This document shows positions 48,887 to 57,009 of a stretch of 64,000 nt of DNA, one piece after another. Below the pieces are notes generated by a model that saw nothing but the letters and a program-made list of their open reading frames with translations, searched no databases and had not been told where the DNA came from. Origin of the DNA: a virus. Taxonomy: Duplodnaviria > Caudoviricetes. Position 1 is the first letter of the stretch. Every line of letters begins with the position of its first letter. Made by a program: the position numbers and the translations under genes. The stretch spans positions 1,617-65,616 of IMG/VR virus record IMGVR_UViG_3300025012_000084. One strand, written 5' to 3'.

Positions 48887-49276
48887 TTAAAATCTGTCCA
48901 ACCCTACGTTCGAGAGCGACGGCGCAAAAGCGCGGCTTCTTTCACACTTTCCGTTCGAGCGCGCCGCCCACCACGCCTCAAATTCTTCGTATGTTTTATT
49001 TTTAACGCAGTACCCGTGCATGTGCCATGCACGGCTTTTTTCTTTTTCCGGCACCGCATCACTAACCGCTCTCCATATCGCATTACATTCAGGGTCAACG
49101 TGCTTTTGTTCGTCGGTCATCGAATCCCAACCATAAGGCTTTCCGATCGGGAGGTTTTCCGGCCATCTGAAACAATTTAGCTCGCAATACCAAGCCGCCA
49201 CTGTTTCGACAGGAAAATCGGCTAACCTAACATTCAACGCGGCTTCCTTTACGTTCTCTAGTTTCTGTTCGTTCAT
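48887..49276 (-). CDS. Cassette gene: hypothetical protein
   Basis: AAGGAG RBS in attC loop; both termini attC-derived. Confidence 0.6.
   Translation of the reverse strand: MNEQKLENVKEAALNVRLADFPVETVAAWYCELNCFRWPENLPIGKPYGWDSMTDEQKHVDPECNAIWRAVSDAVPEKEKSRAWHMHGYCVKNKTYEEFEAWWAARSNGKCERSRAFAPSLSNVGLDRF
48896..48995 (+). repeat. attC-like site, left arm intact, right arm degenerate
   Basis: GTCCAAC CCTAC GTTCGAG ...; possible remnant CTCAAA TTCTTC GTATG. Confidence 0.6.
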
Positions 49277-49327
49277 TTCTTCGTTACTCCTTCCGAGTCA
49301 GCGCAGCCGGCTAACTCTACGTTAGAC
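49220..49327 (+). repeat. attC-like site (108 bp, diverged L boxes)
   Basis: GGCTAAC CTAAC ATTCAAC GCGGCT ... AGCCG GCTAAC TCTAC GTTAGAC. Confidence 0.65.
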
Positions 49328-49539
49328 ACCTCTTGCCACGGGTTCAGTTTCTCGCCTCGATAAACATGACCCTGCACATTTTCCATGCTGTAATTTTTTT
49401 CGTTTGCGTCGCTTACGCGCATCAGCGCAAAAAAATATGGCTGCGGGTACGGATTAGGAAAAGTGTTCGCCATTTCCCACCCATCGTTCACCATGATGTT
49501 GATAATTCGAGTATCGCCTTCTACGAGTTCATATCTCAT
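49273..49539 (-). CDS. Cassette gene: hypothetical protein
   Basis: GGAG RBS; tail SNVELAG.. through attC; ATGA overlap. Confidence 0.6.
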   Translation of the reverse strand: MRYELVEGDTRIINIMVNDGWEMANTFPNPYPQPYFFALMRVSDANEKNYSMENVQGHVYRGEKLNPWQEVSNVELAGCADSEGVTKK

Positions 49540-49562
49540 GTATATCTCCGTTACTACGAGTT

Positions 49563-49618
49563 GTCCAACCCTACGCCCAACCGGACTGGCCTACGGCCCG
49601 GTTATTTTCACGTTATGC
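49563..49618 (+). repeat. attC-like site (56 bp)
   Basis: GTCCAAC CCTAC GCCCAACCGG .. GGCC TAC GGCC CGGTTA .. CAC GTTATGC. Confidence 0.75.
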
Positions 49619-49970
49619 GCCTAGTACAGCGCGTATTAAAGTAGACCGCTCCGTCAGCGTTCTCCCGGTAGATAAAACAACCCGCAGATGCACAGCTTGG
49701 TATGTGGCGGCACCAATAAAAAACCATTTGGCTCTCATGTCCATCGTTGTCTTCGATGAGCATGAAATGACCGGGCTTGATTTCCTTGAGCCGGGTGCCT
49801 TCGACTTGCTTTGCCAGCTTCGCGGCCTTTGGGTTGCAGCTGACCTTCTTTGTCTTGCAATTCACTGGATCGCCGGAAATCGTCAGGGCGCCAACAAGAA
49901 CAACTTCAGCCAATTCCGTAGTGATTTCAACGGGGCCGATGCCGGTGATTTTGATGGTTGCTTGGGTCAT
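49608..49970 (-). CDS. Cassette gene: hypothetical protein
   Basis: AAGGAG RBS; stop in the neighbouring attC spacer. Confidence 0.6.
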   Translation of the reverse strand: MTQATIKITGIGPVEITTELAEVVLVGALTISGDPVNCKTKKVSCNPKAAKLAKQVEGTRLKEIKPGHFMLIEDNDGHESQMVFYWCRHIPSCASAGCFIYRENADGAVYFNTRCTRRIT

Positions 49971-49998
49971 TTGAATCTCCTTTGTTGTCTGCTTGGGA

Positions 49999-50028
49999 GC
50001 GCCGCGCCCCTTAATTCAAACGTCGGGC
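49999..50028 (+). repeat. attC-like right half with variant core GTCGGGC
   Basis: GCGCCGCGCCC CTTAAT TCAAAC GTCGGGC. Confidence 0.55.
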
Positions 50029-50046
50029 GTCATCCTTGTGAACGCG

Positions 50047-50199
50047 TTAGCCACCATTAAGCACGGCAATCCCGTATACAATCACCCAAGCGCCCGCAAC
50101 AGTTAAAGCGGCTGGGACGCTCCATGCCAAGCCAGCGGCGGCGGAAATCATTAGCGCACCAACAGATAGCATAAGCCAGCCTTTTACGATTTGTTTCAT
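50047..50199 (-). CDS. Cassette gene: small 2-TM membrane protein
   Basis: MKQIVKGWLMLSVGALM...; TAA stop overlaps the core site. Confidence 0.55.
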   Translation of the reverse strand: MKQIVKGWLMLSVGALMISAAAGLAWSVPAALTVAGAWVIVYGIAVLNGG

Positions 50200-50240
50200 C
50201 ACGAAAATCCCTTTAAAAATACCGCTCTTCTTGGGTAGGC

Positions 50241-50265
50241 GGCTAACCCTACGCTCAACCTCGTT
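50241..50265 (+). repeat. attC-like left half (array end)
   Basis: GGCTAAC CCTAC GCTCAAC; 9/10 complementary to GTTAGCCACC at 50046. Confidence 0.65.
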
Positions 50266-50494
50266 TAATGAGAATTCCATCCCGCTTTATTAGTCCGGCG
50301 CGTTCAAAAAATACCATGCACTTACCGAACTCATCCTCGCTGCGCCAGTCTATTCCAAGCAGCTTTAACCCGTATCCGAGCTGCAATCCGTCAATGTTGC
50401 TGATATGCGTCCATGTTGGCGGCAATATCGCTTTTATATTGTCTGCGTTGGCTTCCATCCATTGCCGGTTTCCAAGTGTGTCTTGTAGTCCCAT
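50255..50494 (-). CDS. Hypothetical protein
   Basis: GGAG RBS before MGLQD. Confidence 0.55.
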   Translation of the reverse strand: MGLQDTLGNRQWMEANADNIKAILPPTWTHISNIDGLQLGYGLKLLGIDWRSEDEFGKCMVFFERAGLIKRDGILIKRG

Positions 50495-50666
50495 TTCGTT
50501 CTCCAATTCCTGCAAAATTGACGCACAACCTACGCGAAGTGCCTCGCCAAAATCTGTCGCCGCCTTGATAGCGCAACGAATTTTGCTTTGTCAAAACCAA
50601 TATCTTTTGCTTTGGCTTCGCATTAGTACAAATTCATGTTATACCTCCACAAAAACCCTGTTCATC

Positions 50667-51020
50667 TCAGACCCCCACACCTGTGGTACGCCCGTGGCTA
50701 AGCCCGGCGAGCGGACTGGTAGGCAAGTCATTTTGCCTTGGGCCCGTCAGTCCGAACTTCGTGCAGTAAGCCGTCATTGTAGTTCGTGTCTGTATATCCG
50801 CACGGCCACTCTCAGCGTCTTTAGTGTAAGCAACCTTGTTCAGGTCGTCAACGCTCACATGCAAGAACCGCAGCGGATCGTCACCTTCGAGTTTGATCGG
50901 GGTGTATTGGTTCGATTGAACCCTGGCAGCCTCCCTGGCGATCCAGAAATTGTCGTCGGTAAGGAACGCAGCGCTCAGCGCGGCGGCTTCGAACTGCTCT
51001 TTCGATGTGATCTTTTCCAT
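50667..51020 (-). CDS. Hypothetical protein, paralogous to a domain of 53249-55312
   Basis: AGGAGG RBS; RFLHVS...VAYTKD...DIQTR. Confidence 0.6.
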   Translation of the reverse strand: MEKITSKEQFEAAALSAAFLTDDNFWIAREAARVQSNQYTPIKLEGDDPLRFLHVSVDDLNKVAYTKDAESGRADIQTRTTMTAYCTKFGLTGPRQNDLPTSPLAGLSHGRTTGVGV

Positions 51021-51100
51021 TTTGATCCTCCTAAATGTTGAAGTAATGTTGAAGTGTGAGCCGCTTATCGGTAGCTTTACGCGTGAGCTTCTTCGAGCCA

Positions 51101-51661
51101 CTACCCTCCAAAATAAAACTCATTTGCGTAAGCGAGCAGCGTGTTCTGCTCCGCGTCGAAGTATCGAGTCCAAGGCGTACCCCAATCCTGGTACTCTAGC
51201 CACGCTCGATACGGCTGGCAGCGCGCGTCCAGTCCGCCCATAATGCGTACCGCTGGGCCGCCGGTGCAGAGCAGTATCTCGAACTCTTCCGCCAGGATGT
51301 GGTTTTTGACTCGCTTGCACTCCTGTTCCAACTGTCCGGGCTCCATCCACCCGCTTCGCACCTGAACCGACAACGGGTCTTCCTGGATACGGTCGCGCGC
51401 GGCGCCTTGGTTTTCACAACCATCTGCGGCTTCGAGAAGCTCGACGAGTTCTTCGCCTTTATCAAAATCCCACGTCGTCAGCGCTGCGCGAGCCAGACCT
51501 TGCTCTACATTTGTGTAATCTGCGGCCTCCGACACCAGATCGGCGCGCTCGGCTTTCAAAGCATCCAGCCGGACGTAATCGACCTCAAGTGCGGCAACCA
51601 TGTCGCAGATGCTGTCGTATTGAGCTTTTGCCTGCTCAAGGGCGTAGTTTGGTTCAGTCAT
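51101..51661 (-). CDS. Conserved phage hypothetical protein
   Basis: GGAGG RBS; PLSVQVRSGW, ILLCTGGPAVRI, LEYQDWGTPW. Confidence 0.7.
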   Translation of the reverse strand: MTEPNYALEQAKAQYDSICDMVAALEVDYVRLDALKAERADLVSEAADYTNVEQGLARAALTTWDFDKGEELVELLEAADGCENQGAARDRIQEDPLSVQVRSGWMEPGQLEQECKRVKNHILAEEFEILLCTGGPAVRIMGGLDARCQPYRAWLEYQDWGTPWTRYFDAEQNTLLAYANEFYFGG

Positions 51662-51932
51662 TTTGATTTGCCTCCAAATCATTTATCAAATCGCGCAGCT
51701 CTTACTGCAATTCTGTTGTGTAATCCGATACCGCGTTGCGTCTTCACACCTATGATTGTCATTTCCAATCTCCTTGAAGTTCGTCAACATAGTCGATATG
51801 GATTCCGGCGATCAAGCCGCTGCGCATGACCCCCTCCATCACATCCCAGACAAGCAGTTCGGCTTCATCCTCATCTTCTGCGGTCACGACCACCCCTGCG
51901 ACAACTACAAATTTTTTCATTTCCAATCTCCT

Positions 51933-52112
51933 TTAATCAACCGCTACGTGCGTTACCGACTCACCATCTATCTCGGCCAGCTCCACATGCACCATGTGAT
52001 GCTTCGACCTCGGCGCCCGGAAGTGTGCTATCGCTTTTGTCTTCGCCTCGAACAGCGTCGCCGCGCGCAGCTCAACTGTACTTCCGTTATAAAACCCGAT
52101 GTATCCGTTCAT
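51933..52112 (-). CDS. Small hypothetical protein
   Basis: MNGYIGFYNG...EAKTKA; ATGA overlap. Confidence 0.6.
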   Translation of the reverse strand: MNGYIGFYNGSTVELRAATLFEAKTKAIAHFRAPRSKHHMVHVELAEIDGESVTHVAVD

Positions 52113-52336
52113 TTCACACCCCCTTTGCTCTGAAACTGCACACACCCAAACATCGGGCCGGTTTTTAGCCCCGCCTCCAGCCCTGAGTCGTCGCTTGCAT
52201 CAGCGTAAATAGCAGCATCGCAATCGTCAATCGACTGGTCATAACCAACCCAATCAACAGAATTGCAGGTGCTCCACTTTTTGTTGCGCATATCGTGATG
52301 GTGTTCCCAATGCCGACAGTCTTTACAGTTTCCCAT
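52109..52336 (-). CDS. Small Cys-rich protein
   Basis: CKDCRHW...TGPMFGCVQF. Confidence 0.65.
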   Translation of the reverse strand: MGNCKDCRHWEHHHDMRNKKWSTCNSVDWVGYDQSIDDCDAAIYADASDDSGLEAGLKTGPMFGCVQFQSKGGVK

Positions 52337-52337
52337 C

Positions 52338-53249
52338 TCACACCCCCTTCATCGAAATTATCAACTCCGCCGCCTCTTCCGGGTTCGAGTAAACCCAGTC
52401 GTAAACCCCCTCGTCGTCCATCGCCATGACAGCATCCAGGTCTATGTTCGGCATGGATTCAAACCCGTATCTGCCCCATGTGCTTTCAACCTTCGTCGGA
52501 TCTCGCTTCGTCGGCAGCGACTCCCAGTCTACCAGCAGGCAGCCGGCCAGCAGGTTTTTCAGATATGCAACGTCAAGCGTCTCCATCGCGGTGTGTTCCA
52601 TATCATATCCTACGGATATGTTCGTACATTCAGGGATCAACTCTGTGAACTCCGCCGTGTCAGTGTAAATCCCACCGCTATCCGGAGCGAATTCGTGCGG
52701 CATTGTAGTGCTCAGCCCGAGCGCCAGCGCCGCCGCAAATTCATCGGAACAACACCTGACCCATGCCTGGTGAGTGATTACTGACGAAGCTCCCTTCCGG
52801 TCGAAAGCAATGGCGCGATCAAACCCGGATAGCCACGCCGCAGCGCTGTCTGCCAACCACTTCGCACCTACCCCGCCTCGCTCTTCTCCGACTGTCCACA
52901 GAAATGTACCTTTGACGCCCGCCGCAGCCATCTCGAACAGCAACCATACACCAGCCCCGTCATCGGCGCCGAGGGGTGTGCCGTCCGTCTTGTACGCCAG
53001 CTTTTTGTTTGCGTCGTAGACGACCGGGTTAGGTGTGAGTTCGTCCTTATGCACCGTATCGAGGTGAGAAACGAAGATGCTTTTGCTCGTTACATCTGTC
53101 GTATAGACGTAAGCCATCGGCTTGCTGTGCTTGTCAGTGAATACCTCCAGCACCCCCGGAAGGCGGGACAGTATCTTCTCTGCCACCAGCACCTCATTCC
53201 TGCCCCCATGAGGGCGACGCATCGCGAGTATCTCAAAGAGCGTTTCCAC
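52338..53249 (-). CDS. Zn-dependent peptidase (M20/M28-like)
   Basis: SHLDTVH, GADDGAG, GEERG, AFDRKG, NISVGY..EH...E. Confidence 0.85.
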   Translation of the reverse strand: METLFEILAMRRPHGGRNEVLVAEKILSRLPGVLEVFTDKHSKPMAYVYTTDVTSKSIFVSHLDTVHKDELTPNPVVYDANKKLAYKTDGTPLGADDGAGVWLLFEMAAAGVKGTFLWTVGEERGGVGAKWLADSAAAWLSGFDRAIAFDRKGASSVITHQAWVRCCSDEFAAALALGLSTTMPHEFAPDSGGIYTDTAEFTELIPECTNISVGYDMEHTAMETLDVAYLKNLLAGCLLVDWESLPTKRDPTKVESTWGRYGFESMPNIDLDAVMAMDDEGVYDWVYSNPEEAAELIISMKGV

Positions 53250-55312
53250 TACACCACCTCCGTTTCGTTGCCCTGCGGAGCAGGCGTCTCGGACGGCACA
53301 TACTGCGTGAACTTCTTTGGCTCGACGCCATCATCTAGTTCGTTGTCTACCACTTCAACCGACTTGTACCAGAAGTATGCGTCATGTTCGTCCTTGAGCA
53401 ACTTACCGCCCTCGAACGCGGCATCCACACTATCTTCGTGGATGTAAAGGCTACCGCCGTCAGGATCTTCGCCGACCGCAACCATGTCATCCATATGATA
53501 CGCATTCTCACTCATGCAGCAACACTGCGCATCATCCACGTCGATCCACTCACCACGATACTTGTCATAGATAATACTTTCGATGTGGCTGAGGTGGCTA
53601 TCCAGGACGTGATAGCCCAGGCACTCTACATACACAACTGCATCCATCCGGACATAGTCGTATTTGAAGGTTCCTTGGCGATTGCCGTCCACCACCGCCT
53701 TCGCCAAGAGCTCGTAAGCGCAGAGGACGCAGTACGAAACACTGTGGAACTCAGAATACACGCGATCGTTGCTGCTATGCAACGCGTCTCCGCAGTTGTC
53801 GCAGTACCCGTATTCAGGCTCTTCTTCTTCTTCTTCTTCTTCTTCTTCTTCTTCTTCTTCTTCTTCTTCTTCTTCTTCTTTGCCCTCCGTCACCCCGCCG
53901 TTTTCATACCCGTCGTAGGTTCGCTCACCGTCGTCCTCGGTCAGCATCCAATGTTCTTTGTCGTGCTCAGCGTAGAACAAGTCACCGCCGCCGGAGGCAG
54001 TGCCTGCGTCGACGTAAGCCATGATGTGCCCCCTGCCATAATCATTATCTATCTTCAATATGCGGCAGCCAGCCAGCGCACCTACCTCCGGATAAATATC
54101 CATCAGCTCCAAGAGCGGTAGCAGCTTCACCTCATCGCCGTAGATACGCGAGCACTTCTTTGTGGCCTTGTTGACCAGTGTGCGCGCAGTGATACGCTCC
54201 CCGTCTTCAATCCAGGCCACTTTTATGTCTCCAGCCGCGTAGATAGCTGCCGGATGCACTTGCCCTACGTATTTCATGTTGGCCATGCACGACTCCCTCG
54301 GCCCGTGATTTATGCATCGAATAAAATCCTCCTCAGTTTCAGACAGGTGCACCTCTGTTGTCAGGCCATAGTCATATTCGAACGCAGCCACCTCCTTTTT
54401 AACCTGCTCGTTGTCCATCTCAGGATGGTACTTGGCCAAGTACCGGCCATACTTCATTCGAGTAAAGATGTCCCGCTTCTGATTCTTTTCGTCCGCTGCG
54501 AATGCCACCATCGGCGCTTCTGGCGTACCGGACAGGTGCAGGTATCGGTCTTGGTTTTGTGGGGTGGCTCCACGTGGCAGAGATATTATCTCGAAATATC
54601 CGAAGCGCGCGCGCAAGTCGTCACGATAGAGATGGTACGTCTCTTCGGAAAGTGGCGCGCCAACAGAGCAGGCTGCCGCATCAACAAAACCTAACCGTAC
54701 CCCAGAAATCAGGGACTTCACTTTGTCCAGGGTATCCAACTTCTCGGCCAGGGGGACACGTATTTCTTCGTCAGTGAGGTATTGAACCGGAGGCGGCAGT
54801 GTAGTCACGAGCTCCAGCGAAGCCGGGGGCCACCCAAATACTTCGAAGTATACGCCTTCACGGCACACTCTAGATACCGCATAATCTCTGCCGTTGTTCA
54901 CATACTCATCCATCGAGTCCGCCCAGTCATTATCCCACACCGCCGGATCTGGTTCCGTTATCTTGCGCACTACTCGCACTCTGTCGCCCACTTGAAATAC
55001 GTTCACACCCTCCGGAATTTCGACTTCATCACCCAGCTTGCTGGCGACGTAGCAGCGCATGGCTGCGGTAAGTGGCGTCTGGCCGTAGCTATGGAATACT
55101 CCGACACAGGCTTCGTGTAGGGCCATCGCATCAGGCGCAGTCTCCCCAAGATACACGACATTTATTCCTTCCCGCTCAATAATCGGGCCGCCTTGCGCCC
55201 AGTCGGATGACGGACAAAAGTCCAGCGCACCAATCATGTCCAACGGAATCCCAACATGAGCCACTGCCCAATCAAGTGCCGCGCCACTAAGGTCTGATGT
55301 CTTGACTATCAT
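53249..55312 (-). CDS. Multidomain protein: NinX/DUF2591-like N-terminus fused to a large acidic domain with poly-Glu
   Basis: LSGAALDWAVA...PSSDWAQGGPIIERE...AAMRCYVASKLG; CDNC..CVLC. Confidence 0.7.
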   Translation of the reverse strand: MIVKTSDLSGAALDWAVAHVGIPLDMIGALDFCPSSDWAQGGPIIEREGINVVYLGETAPDAMALHEACVGVFHSYGQTPLTAAMRCYVASKLGDEVEIPEGVNVFQVGDRVRVVRKITEPDPAVWDNDWADSMDEYVNNGRDYAVSRVCREGVYFEVFGWPPASLELVTTLPPPVQYLTDEEIRVPLAEKLDTLDKVKSLISGVRLGFVDAAACSVGAPLSEETYHLYRDDLRARFGYFEIISLPRGATPQNQDRYLHLSGTPEAPMVAFAADEKNQKRDIFTRMKYGRYLAKYHPEMDNEQVKKEVAAFEYDYGLTTEVHLSETEEDFIRCINHGPRESCMANMKYVGQVHPAAIYAAGDIKVAWIEDGERITARTLVNKATKKCSRIYGDEVKLLPLLELMDIYPEVGALAGCRILKIDNDYGRGHIMAYVDAGTASGGGDLFYAEHDKEHWMLTEDDGERTYDGYENGGVTEGKEEEEEEEEEEEEEEEEEEEEPEYGYCDNCGDALHSSNDRVYSEFHSVSYCVLCAYELLAKAVVDGNRQGTFKYDYVRMDAVVYVECLGYHVLDSHLSHIESIIYDKYRGEWIDVDDAQCCCMSENAYHMDDMVAVGEDPDGGSLYIHEDSVDAAFEGGKLLKDEHDAYFWYKSVEVVDNELDDGVEPKKFTQYVPSETPAPQGNETEVV
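53822..53878 (-). repeat. (GAA)19 microsatellite encoding poly-Glu
   Basis: Directly visible. Confidence 0.95.
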
Positions 55313-55444
55313 TTCAACCCTCCCGATAAAAAACTGTCCACACGCCGACGAAGTCTTTCTCGACAGCCACGATAGAGCGTCCGGCACGACGAATTTCCCG
55401 TAGGAAATTGTCCTTCTGGTACTCGGAATAGAATATTCGCTGGC

Positions 55445-55594
55445 TCATGATGTTCTCCCTCTAACCATAGCGGCAGCATAACCGGCATCCCAATATTTTT
55501 TTCGTTCATCGTTATATAATCTGGATGCGCAAAACTCATCATCAGCACGTAAAAATTCCCAGAATAAAATATCGCATTCATTATTTTCGTCCAT
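55445..55594 (-). CDS. Small hypothetical protein
   Basis: AAGGAG RBS before MDENNE. Confidence 0.45.
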   Translation of the reverse strand: MDENNECDILFWEFLRADDEFCASRLYNDERKKYWDAGYAAAMVRGRTS

Positions 55595-55797
55595 CACTTC
55601 TCCTTTATGTACAAGGTACTTGTGAGGCCTTTTGCAAAACCCCGGCTTCGGCAAGGTGGAAAATACTCCGGACAGAATAAAGCCTCTCTCCATTCTGGTC
55701 AGCCTATTCCTTCCTGTTTTTCTTGGGGTTGTGTACTTGCGCGTCATAAGACAAACCCACCCGTTCGGCGTGTACCTCGCCGCAATCCATCCGTGAA

Positions 55798-56045
55798 TCA
55801 TTTCATATACACCTCAGTTGACCACACGTTTAAATTACTCCGTCTGCACAGCCCACGCAGCGTCCCACGCTGTGACCAGCCCCTCGGCTGTGACCAGCCC
55901 ACTGGCGTATCTTCCAGGCCGTTTGATTCCAGGATTGTCTCGAACGGTAGCGGTTCGTCGTCTTGCCTAGGCGCACAAGCAGTTTGCTCCAGCCTTCGGT
56001 GCAAGGAGAACAGGCACGTATTTTATTCAGTGTTGTATATAGCAT
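55798..56045 (-). pseudogene. Frameshifted phage gene (TTLNKIR..SPC..GW.KLL..LGKT / DDEPL..ILESNGLED)
   Basis: The two halves of a recognisable phage protein lie in different frames, switching near 55960. Confidence 0.55.
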
Positions 56046-56263
56046 GAGTTTACTCCTTTTATATGTCCACCCAACCTTGTATAGCGTCACTTTTTACGGG
56101 TGTGCCATCTTCCAGCGTCCACCGCCCGTACTACCTTTCATGGTAAGAAGCTGCTTCGTCTCCGTGGTTCCAAACAACCTTGGCAGTGTCTCCGAGCCAC
56201 CCGACAACGAGATATGTTCCAGGAGATGTTGGCGTAATGCTTGGGTGTGTGAGCTCTCCCTCT

Positions 56264-56572
56264 TTACGCACGATCTACCCCCCATCCATCGGCTTGCGCC
56301 GCGACGACGATGCGCTCACACAGACCTTGCAGATAGTCCTTGTCACCACTCTCCAGATCAACAAGAAGCGTGGTTCCGGCGTTAATTATGCAGTAGGAGT
56401 TCGGCGGGGTGTACGTATACAGCGAATAACAAGCATCCTGCACGTCTATGTCGCTGAACAGAACATCCAGGGCGCCGCCATCAGGTACGCGGGAGCATAG
56501 GTCATCCGGCCCTGGCACACGGTCGAAGCGCAGAACTGTTGAGTGGGTCATCTTGGATTCTATTTTGAACAT
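56264..56572 (-). CDS. Hypothetical protein
   Basis: AAGGAG RBS before MFKIES. Confidence 0.55.
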   Translation of the reverse strand: MFKIESKMTHSTVLRFDRVPGPDDLCSRVPDGGALDVLFSDIDVQDACYSLYTYTPPNSYCIINAGTTLLVDLESGDKDYLQGLCERIVVAAQADGWGVDRA

Positions 56573-56877
56573 GGTATTTGCTCCTTCTCGAGGTGTTCTT
56601 CTGCCAACACTCTTAACTCTGCGCCGCATGCTTCCGCACCTTCGATGGTATAAAAATCTCCGCGAAACTCTATTGTCGGCGGCGTGTCTGCCGTGACGTA
56701 AAACGACAGAGGGCAGTTAGTACTCAGTAGATAATCAGTCAGAGGGCGCCCAGGCACCGCTTCCCAATCACTAAGTATTGAACCAGACGGCCTGATAAAC
56801 AGCGGGTATGATTTTTCCGGGATGATATATTTGGCGTACAGCTTTATCTCGGTTTCTATGTATATACTCATGACCAT
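56560..56877 (-). CDS. Hypothetical protein
   Basis: AAGGAG RBS. Confidence 0.55.
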   Translation of the reverse strand: MVMSIYIETEIKLYAKYIIPEKSYPLFIRPSGSILSDWEAVPGRPLTDYLLSTNCPLSFYVTADTPPTIEFRGDFYTIEGAEACGAELRVLAEEHLEKEQIPCSK

Positions 56878-56932
56878 TACTCCTTTTCAAATGCGGCGAG
56901 TACGCCGCTTCATTAGTGGGTGGGGTTGCAGT

Positions 56933-56961
56933 CAACAAATCCTACCGATTAGGATTTGTTA
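56933..56961. promoter_or_regulatory. Palindrome family AACAAATCC-N9-GGATTTGTT, copy 1
   Basis: CAACAAATCC TACCGATTA GGATTTGTTA. Confidence 0.7.
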
Positions 56962-57009
56962 CACCTTCACAAGGTATTTGTAAGGGCTTTTGCAAAACCC
57001 CGGCTTCTC

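Larger units (their letters stand above)
46648..50265 (+). mobile_element. Integron-like gene cassette array (attC cluster without integrase), about 10 cassettes
   Basis: Repeated xYYYAAC-5 nt-L''...L'-5 nt-GTTRRRx sites; each intact cassette's opening core site is complementary to its own inverse core site. Confidence 0.85.

Noticed and set aside
46648-50265. CRISPR array or simple terminators as the explanation for the array repeats
   Set aside because: Repeats differ in length and sequence, spacers are whole genes, there are no U-tracts, and the R/L box geometry fits attC.
50520-50640. Stop-codon reassignment (ATG AAT TTG TAC TAA TGC GAA... after a good RBS)
   Set aside because: Isolated case; all long genes are intact under the standard code, so this is more likely a gene remnant at the array edge.
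53384-54121. Poly-Phe ORF on + strand
   Set aside because: Antisense shadow of the (GAA)19 poly-Glu tract.
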